DNA of 64,000 bases, taken from Candidatus Poribacteria bacterium. Lineage in GTDB: Bacteria; Poribacteria; WGA-4E; WGA-3G. The DNA lies in NCBI GenBank assembly GCA_964291315.2, contig OZ219752.1:64001-128000 (forward strand), given 5' to 3'. Position 1 is the stretch's first letter. Each line of letters begins with the position of its first letter. Positions 59,026 through 64,000 of this stretch are shown one piece after another. Below the pieces are notes generated by a model. The model did no database searches and was not told the origin of the DNA. It worked only from the letters and a program-made list of their open reading frames with translations. The position numbers and the translations under genes were made by a program.

Positions 59026-60675
59026 ATGCCTACGCTCGACTTCAAAGGTAAACAATTCATATACGGCCATCATCTCACTGTGCCCATCCGGACGTTAAAA
59101 GTAGACACAGAGAAATCACTCAACACACATTATCCATCTTCTTTATCATTAGACGGTAACCTTGTTATCCACGGAGACAACCTACATGCTCTGAAAGCTC
59201 TACTCCCCAAATACGCAGGCAGAATTAAGTGCATCTACATCGACCCACCGTATAACACCGGCAACGAAAACTGGCACTACAACGACAACGTCAACAGCCC
59301 CCTCATGCAGACGTGGCTCAAGAAAAATAGTCCGATCGATGTTGAGGATTTAGAACGCCACGATAAATGGCTCTGTATGATGTGGCCTCGCCTCCATTTA
59401 CTACACGAACTCCTCGCAGACGATGGGGTCATTTTCATTTCTCTCGATGATAACGAACAACACCATTTACGAGCGCTCATGGACGAAATCTTTTCAGGAA
59501 ACTTCGTCGCAAATATCATTTGGCAAAAAAAGAATAGCCCACAAAACGATGCCAAAAACCTGTCCGCCAATCACGAATTCATCTTATGTTATGCCAAAAA
59601 CCTGTCCGGAGAAAGCAGATGGAAACGGGTGCTTCTACCCCGCTCCGAGAAACTCGATTCCCGTTACAAGTTTAACGATCACGATGGCAGGGGCCCTTGG
59701 GCTGCTGATAACTTAAGTGTCAAAACATACAATTCAGACTACGATTATCTAATTACAAACCCCAACACAGGCGAGGCACATGCGCCACCACAAGGACGTT
59801 GTTGGATAATTAGTCAAGAGACAGCCAAGCGATACCTTGCGGAAAATCGCATCTATTTTGGCAAAGACAAAAAAGGGAGACCCCTTTTAAAAAGATATTT
59901 AAAAGACGTTCAACAAGGCATCGTTCCGTTGACGATTTGGCACAATAGCGAAGTTGGAAGTAGCACCGAAGGGCGCAAGGCTATTTTGAAAATATTTCAT
60001 GATACCCAACGCCCCTTCGATAACCCTAAACCTGTTGACCTAATAAAGCGCGTTCTGCAAATCGCCTGCGGTCCTGAAGACATTATTCTTGATTCCTTTG
60101 CTGGCAGCGGCACCACTGCACATGCCGTCCTCGCACTCAACAAAGAAGATGGCGGCAACCGAAAGTTTATCCTCGTAGAATGCGAAGCATACGCACATAC
60201 CATCACCGCAGAACGCATCAGACGCATTAGCAACGGCATAGAAAACACCACAGACGAAAACTTGCGAAATGGACTCGGCGGGGCGTTCACCTACTGCACA
60301 CTCGGTGAACCCATTCACGAAGAAGGCATGCTCACCGGCGAAGCTCTTCCTTCCTATGAAGATTTAGCACACTACATCACCTACACAGCAATCGGTAAAG
60401 CATTGCCCTCTGTCGCAAAGCAGCAAGATTACTGCTTTGGTGAAACCGATAACATCCGTTTCTATCTCATCTATGAGCCGGCGTTAGCATTTTTGGAGAG
60501 CAATGAATCTGCGCTCGATGGAGAACGGGCCGAGAAGATAGCCGATGTGTGCAAAGAGACTGGTAAAATAGCCTATGTCTATGCTGCTCAGAAATTCGTC
60601 AGTCAGAGAGAATTATCACGCATGGGCATTACTTTTTGCCAGCTGCCCTATAACATTCACCGCATCACGGAGTAA
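59026..60675 (+). CDS. mod: type III restriction-modification methyltransferase (Mod)
   Basis: GDNL.ALK.L, IYIDPPYNTG, PKP..LI and ILDSFAGSGTT motifs; adjacent to res. Confidence 0.92.
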   Translation: MPTLDFKGKQFIYGHHLTVPIRTLKVDTEKSLNTHYPSSLSLDGNLVIHGDNLHALKALLPKYAGRIKCIYIDPPYNTGNENWHYNDNVNSPLMQTWLKKNSPIDVEDLERHDKWLCMMWPRLHLLHELLADDGVIFISLDDNEQHHLRALMDEIFSGNFVANIIWQKKNSPQNDAKNLSANHEFILCYAKNLSGESRWKRVLLPRSEKLDSRYKFNDHDGRGPWAADNLSVKTYNSDYDYLITNPNTGEAHAPPQGRCWIISQETAKRYLAENRIYFGKDKKGRPLLKRYLKDVQQGIVPLTIWHNSEVGSSTEGRKAILKIFHDTQRPFDNPKPVDLIKRVLQIACGPEDIILDSFAGSGTTAHAVLALNKEDGGNRKFILVECEAYAHTITAERIRRISNGIENTTDENLRNGLGGAFTYCTLGEPIHEEGMLTGEALPSYEDLAHYITYTAIGKALPSVAKQQDYCFGETDNIRFYLIYEPALAFLESNESALDGERAEKIADVCKETGKIAYVYAAQKFVSQRELSRMGITFCQLPYNIHRITE

Positions 60676-60682
60676 GCACATA

Positions 60683-63319
60683 ATGCAACTCAAAGACTAT
60701 CAACAACAGGTGTTAAATACATTGGACCGCTATTTGGAATCGCTTGAGACGGCGCGTCAACAAGCAGATAAAACCACAGAATATCTGGTATCAGATAACA
60801 TTCCTGACTTCTTGAAAGAACAAGTAGAAACTTTAGCGAAGCAATCAGAGAATTACCCACATACTGCCTGGGAAAATTTGCGAAAATCCGCTGCATTGCC
60901 CAGCATTATGGATACACAAGGTCAGCATTTAATTCCAGAACATATTTCACGGGAGAGTGCCTCGGGTGAACCTATACCGCATGTTTGCCTAAAAGTCCCA
61001 ACGGGTGGGGGTAAAACCTTGTTAGGGGTGGAGGCGGTGCGTCACTTGAAACTCGGTACCGGATTTGTGCTATGGCTCGTACCGACCAAAGCCATCTATG
61101 CGCAAACGTATGACGCTTTTCGGAACAAAGAGCACCCGTATCGGCAGATTCTTGATCGTGCTTCCGGTGGCCGCGTCAAATTGCTCCAAAAAGACGACAG
61201 ATTCACAAAGCAGGACATTGAGAATTATCTCTGCGTAATGCTCCTTATGCTTCCCGCAGCACGTAGAAACCGAAACAAGGAATTTCTTAAAATTTTCCGT
61301 GATACAGGTGGCTATGCATCTTTTTTTCCGGTTGAGGATGACGTACGGGAGCATCAAGCCTTATCAGAGAAATATCCAGATCTTGAGGCAGCAACAGGCG
61401 ATCAACCACAGCAGCCTCGCGGGATCCTTGCGCGGAATCCAAAAGATAGACTCATCAAACAGAGTCTTTTCAACGTTCTGAAATTGCTCCGTCCCACAGT
61501 AATTTTGGATGAGGCACACAAAGCCTACGGAAGTCCCGACCCTGCCCGAAATAAAGGGTTTGTAGAAGCAGTGAATAGGCTTAACCCGCGTTTCGTGTTG
61601 GAACTCTCCGCCACGCCGAAACTCGGTATCAGCAATATCCTCGTCAACATCTCTGGCCTTGCCCTGAAAGAAGAAGAGATGATTAAACTTCCGATTCACC
61701 TTCGAAATTTTCCGAACTCTGATTGGCGGTATACTCTTGCTCAGACGAAAATAGAACGCGATAAACTTGAGGGGGCCGCGAAACAACTTCAGCAAGCGGA
61801 AGATAGCTACATCCGCCCTATCGCTGTGATCCGTGTCGACCGCACCGGCAAAAATCAACGTGACGGCGTGAAGGTGCACGCCGAAGATGCTCGCGAAGAA
61901 CTGATTAACGCTTTGGGGGTGCCGGCAGAACAAATTAAGGTAAAATCCTCGGAGCTAGATGAACTCACTGGAATAGACCTCATGAGCCCGTTCTGTCCTG
62001 TCCGCTATATTATCACTAAGGATGCCCTAAAAGAGGGGTGGGACTGCCCGTTTGCTTACCTACTCACCCTCCTTGACAACACCACAGCTGCAACAGCAAT
62101 GACGCAACTCATCGGCAGAGTGATGCGTCAACCCTACGCACGCGCTACAAACCAACTAGAACTCGACAGCTGTTATGTCTTCTGCTACAATCAGGAAGTT
62201 AAAAGAGCAGTCGCGAACGTCAAGAAAGGATTAGAGGCAGAAGGATTAACAGGCTTGGCAGATTTTGTTGAGGGTAACGGCGTAGAGCGGGTTCAGCGAA
62301 TCATTGAACGTAAACCGAAATACCGGAATGTAGATATCTTTTTGCCGCGTGTGCTTCATAAGGAAGGGCGGAACTGGCGGATGCTCAATTATGAGCGGGA
62401 CATCCTCAAAGCAATCGACTGGCATCAACTCGGCGCAATAGCACCTATCAGCTTAGATGACGAAGCACAACTTCAAGAGATACGGGCCACTATCCATCTC
62501 CAAGATGAGGCCGTAATTGATAAGAAGCTGCAAGAGAGCGCCGCACACAACTTGGAGGTGGCGTTTTTCGTCAGGCGATTGGGCGATGTTCTCCCAAATC
62601 CATGGCACGCCGCACGCATCGTCAAAGCAACCCTCACCGCCTACTACGAAGAAGGGATCGACGAGGAAACGGTTTATAAGCACCGGTTGTACCTCTCCGA
62701 GTACCTGAAACGTAGTTTGCGCACTCATGTTGATAAACTCGCTGAAAACGTTTTCCGAGAAAAGTTAGGAGCCGGAAAAATCCAGTTTAACCTACACACA
62801 GATAGCCTAACAAACTACCAATTGGAAAAAACGCTCGTCGTCAGTCTCACAACCGAAGCCAAACCGATGACGCATCCACACGGAGATCTGCTACAACTTA
62901 ACATTTTTGAACTGGTATTTGAAGGTGAATTTAACCAGCTAGAAACGAACTTCGCGCTCTACTTAGACAAGCACAGCGCAATTCAGTGGTGGCACCGCAT
63001 CGCCGCAAAACAAGGATATTTCTTGCAAGGGTGGCGACGCGAACGCATCTACCCAGACTTCATCGCCTGTGTCCAACGGAACCAAACAGGACCACAACGA
63101 CTCTGTATTTTTGAAACTAAAGGACAACACCTTGAAGGCAACAACGATACGGTTTATAAAGAAAAACTGATAGAAACCTTAGAAACCGCATACCGAAACG
63201 CTACACCGCACGGCACAATGGATATCACAGCCCCCAATAGCAAAACGATGTCCTTCCGCATGCTATTTGAAAACTCATGGCGCGAGACACTAAATGAAAC
63301 GATAGCTGAACCTGAGTAA
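60683..63319 (+). CDS. res: type III restriction endonuclease subunit (Res, DEAH helicase + PD-(D/E)xK nuclease)
   Basis: LKDYQ, PTGGGKT, DEAH, SATP, LKEGWD, QLIGRVMR; C-terminal YPDF...ETKG; start ATG 60683. Confidence 0.9.
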   Translation: MQLKDYQQQVLNTLDRYLESLETARQQADKTTEYLVSDNIPDFLKEQVETLAKQSENYPHTAWENLRKSAALPSIMDTQGQHLIPEHISRESASGEPIPHVCLKVPTGGGKTLLGVEAVRHLKLGTGFVLWLVPTKAIYAQTYDAFRNKEHPYRQILDRASGGRVKLLQKDDRFTKQDIENYLCVMLLMLPAARRNRNKEFLKIFRDTGGYASFFPVEDDVREHQALSEKYPDLEAATGDQPQQPRGILARNPKDRLIKQSLFNVLKLLRPTVILDEAHKAYGSPDPARNKGFVEAVNRLNPRFVLELSATPKLGISNILVNISGLALKEEEMIKLPIHLRNFPNSDWRYTLAQTKIERDKLEGAAKQLQQAEDSYIRPIAVIRVDRTGKNQRDGVKVHAEDAREELINALGVPAEQIKVKSSELDELTGIDLMSPFCPVRYIITKDALKEGWDCPFAYLLTLLDNTTAATAMTQLIGRVMRQPYARATNQLELDSCYVFCYNQEVKRAVANVKKGLEAEGLTGLADFVEGNGVERVQRIIERKPKYRNVDIFLPRVLHKEGRNWRMLNYERDILKAIDWHQLGAIAPISLDDEAQLQEIRATIHLQDEAVIDKKLQESAAHNLEVAFFVRRLGDVLPNPWHAARIVKATLTAYYEEGIDEETVYKHRLYLSEYLKRSLRTHVDKLAENVFREKLGAGKIQFNLHTDSLTNYQLEKTLVVSLTTEAKPMTHPHGDLLQLNIFELVFEGEFNQLETNFALYLDKHSAIQWWHRIAAKQGYFLQGWRRERIYPDFIACVQRNQTGPQRLCIFETKGQHLEGNNDTVYKEKLIETLETAYRNATPHGTMDITAPNSKTMSFRMLFENSWRETLNETIAEPE

Positions 63320-63407
63320 CAGATGGAATAGATGCCCGCCCACCTTTGAACCCTTTTTCCTATTAAACACAAGTCAAAACAACTCTGCTGAACATCGCTA
63401 TATCGGC

Positions 63408-63436
63408 TTGCAAGCTTCTACAAAAAGTGGTATAAT
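63408..63436 (+). promoter_or_regulatory. sigma70 promoter of argG
   Basis: TTGCAA-17 bp-TATAAT with TG extended -10. Confidence 0.7.
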
Positions 63437-63477
63437 TCCGGGATAACATAACTAAACACAATACTTTGGAGATTACG

Positions 63478-64000
63478 TTGAATATTGATACATTAAAAGG
63501 AAAAACCGTTGGAGCTGCCGTTTCAGGCGGCCTGGACAGTTGCACCATCACCAAGTGGTTGGTTGATAAGGGGGTCAACGTCATCTGCTTTACAGCAGAT
63601 CTCGGACAACCCGACGAACAAAACGTTTCCGAAATCCGAGAACGGATGATGGCCTGTGGTGCTGAAAATGCCATTATAATAGACGCAAAAAAAGCGCTTG
63701 CGGAAGCAGGTATCCAGCTCATCCAGTGTCAGGCGATGTATGAGGGCGGCTATTGGAACACAACCGGCATCGCACGACATGTCACGGTGAAAGCCCTCCA
63801 ACCGGAGATGGAAAAGCATGGCATTTCCATTTTGACACACGGTGCAACCGGCAGAGGCAATGATCAGGTCCGGTTTCAGCTCGCCACCAATATGCTCAAC
63901 CCGCACTTTACTGTCTACGCACCGTGGCGGGATCCGGAATTCCTCAAAAATTTCGGTGGCAGAAAAGAGATGATAGACTTCTGCCAAGCGCATAACCTTC
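63478..64000 (+). CDS. argG: argininosuccinate synthase, 5' part (runs off the window end; absent from the ORF track)
   Basis: Translated by hand from TTG 63478 (GGAG RBS): KTVGAAVSGGLDS, TADLGQPDE, YEGGYWNTTGIAR, HGATGRGNDQVRF and APWRD motifs. Confidence 0.93.
   Translation, partial: MNIDTLKGKTVGAAVSGGLDSCTITKWLVDKGVNVICFTADLGQPDEQNVSEIRERMMACGAENAIIIDAKKALAEAGIQLIQCQAMYEGGYWNTTGIARHVTVKALQPEMEKHGISILTHGATGRGNDQVRFQLATNMLNPHFTVYAPWRDPEFLKNFGGRKEMIDFCQAHNL

Noticed and set aside
59026-60675. Phase-variable mod gene (phasevarion)
   Set aside because: No simple-sequence repeat tract; the longest run noticed is A7 at 59525-59531, and the frame is intact.
60575-60682. ORF-track N-terminal extensions of res, and likewise of nuoB, the Gfo/Idh/MocA gene, the lipoate ligase and the 40441 ORF
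   Set aside because: They overlap upstream genes or precede the RBS; downstream starts match the family N-termini.
63363-63993. Minus-strand ORFs 63363-63722 and 63523-63993
   Set aside because: They are antisense shadows of argG on the + strand, which the ORF track missed because it runs off the window.

Overview
Ordinary bacterial chromosome segment with no prophage, integrase, transposase, CRISPR array or rRNA. The gene repertoire points to a Candidatus Poribacteria (sponge-symbiont-type) genome; this is an inference from LamG proteins ending in a K-x-x-T-x-W-x-x-x-K tail, a TPR + CRTAC1/ASPIC-UnbV pair, FGE-sulfatase and phytanoyl-CoA dioxygenase proteins, many sugar oxidoreductases and GTAG-type REP-like palindromes. 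Main contents: fdhD; sugar/polyol catabolic genes; nagA-TPR-CRTAC1; tRNA-Gln(CTG) and tRNA-Glu(CTC); an 11-subunit complex I operon (nuoABCDHIJKLMN, no nuoEFG); purF/purM; TonB with two TonB-dependent receptors and a CBM9/DUF5916 protein; a type III restriction-modification system; and the start of argG. Most unusual signals: (1) the complex I operon has a ~70-aa beta-barrel-like insertion between the two Fe-S motifs of NuoI, an extra 57-aa membrane ORF between nuoL and nuoM, and an internal promoter before nuoD; (2) two secreted LamG proteins share a C-terminal motif that looks like a protein-sorting signal, and both have long structured 5' leaders; (3) an orphan, degenerate FliG-like gene overlaps the end of purM; (4) candidate defence genes include an ABC/AAA ATPase plus nuclease-like pair, an orphan nuclease-like gene and an orphan DNA methyltransferase. 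All calls come from reading motifs by eye; no database searches were run.
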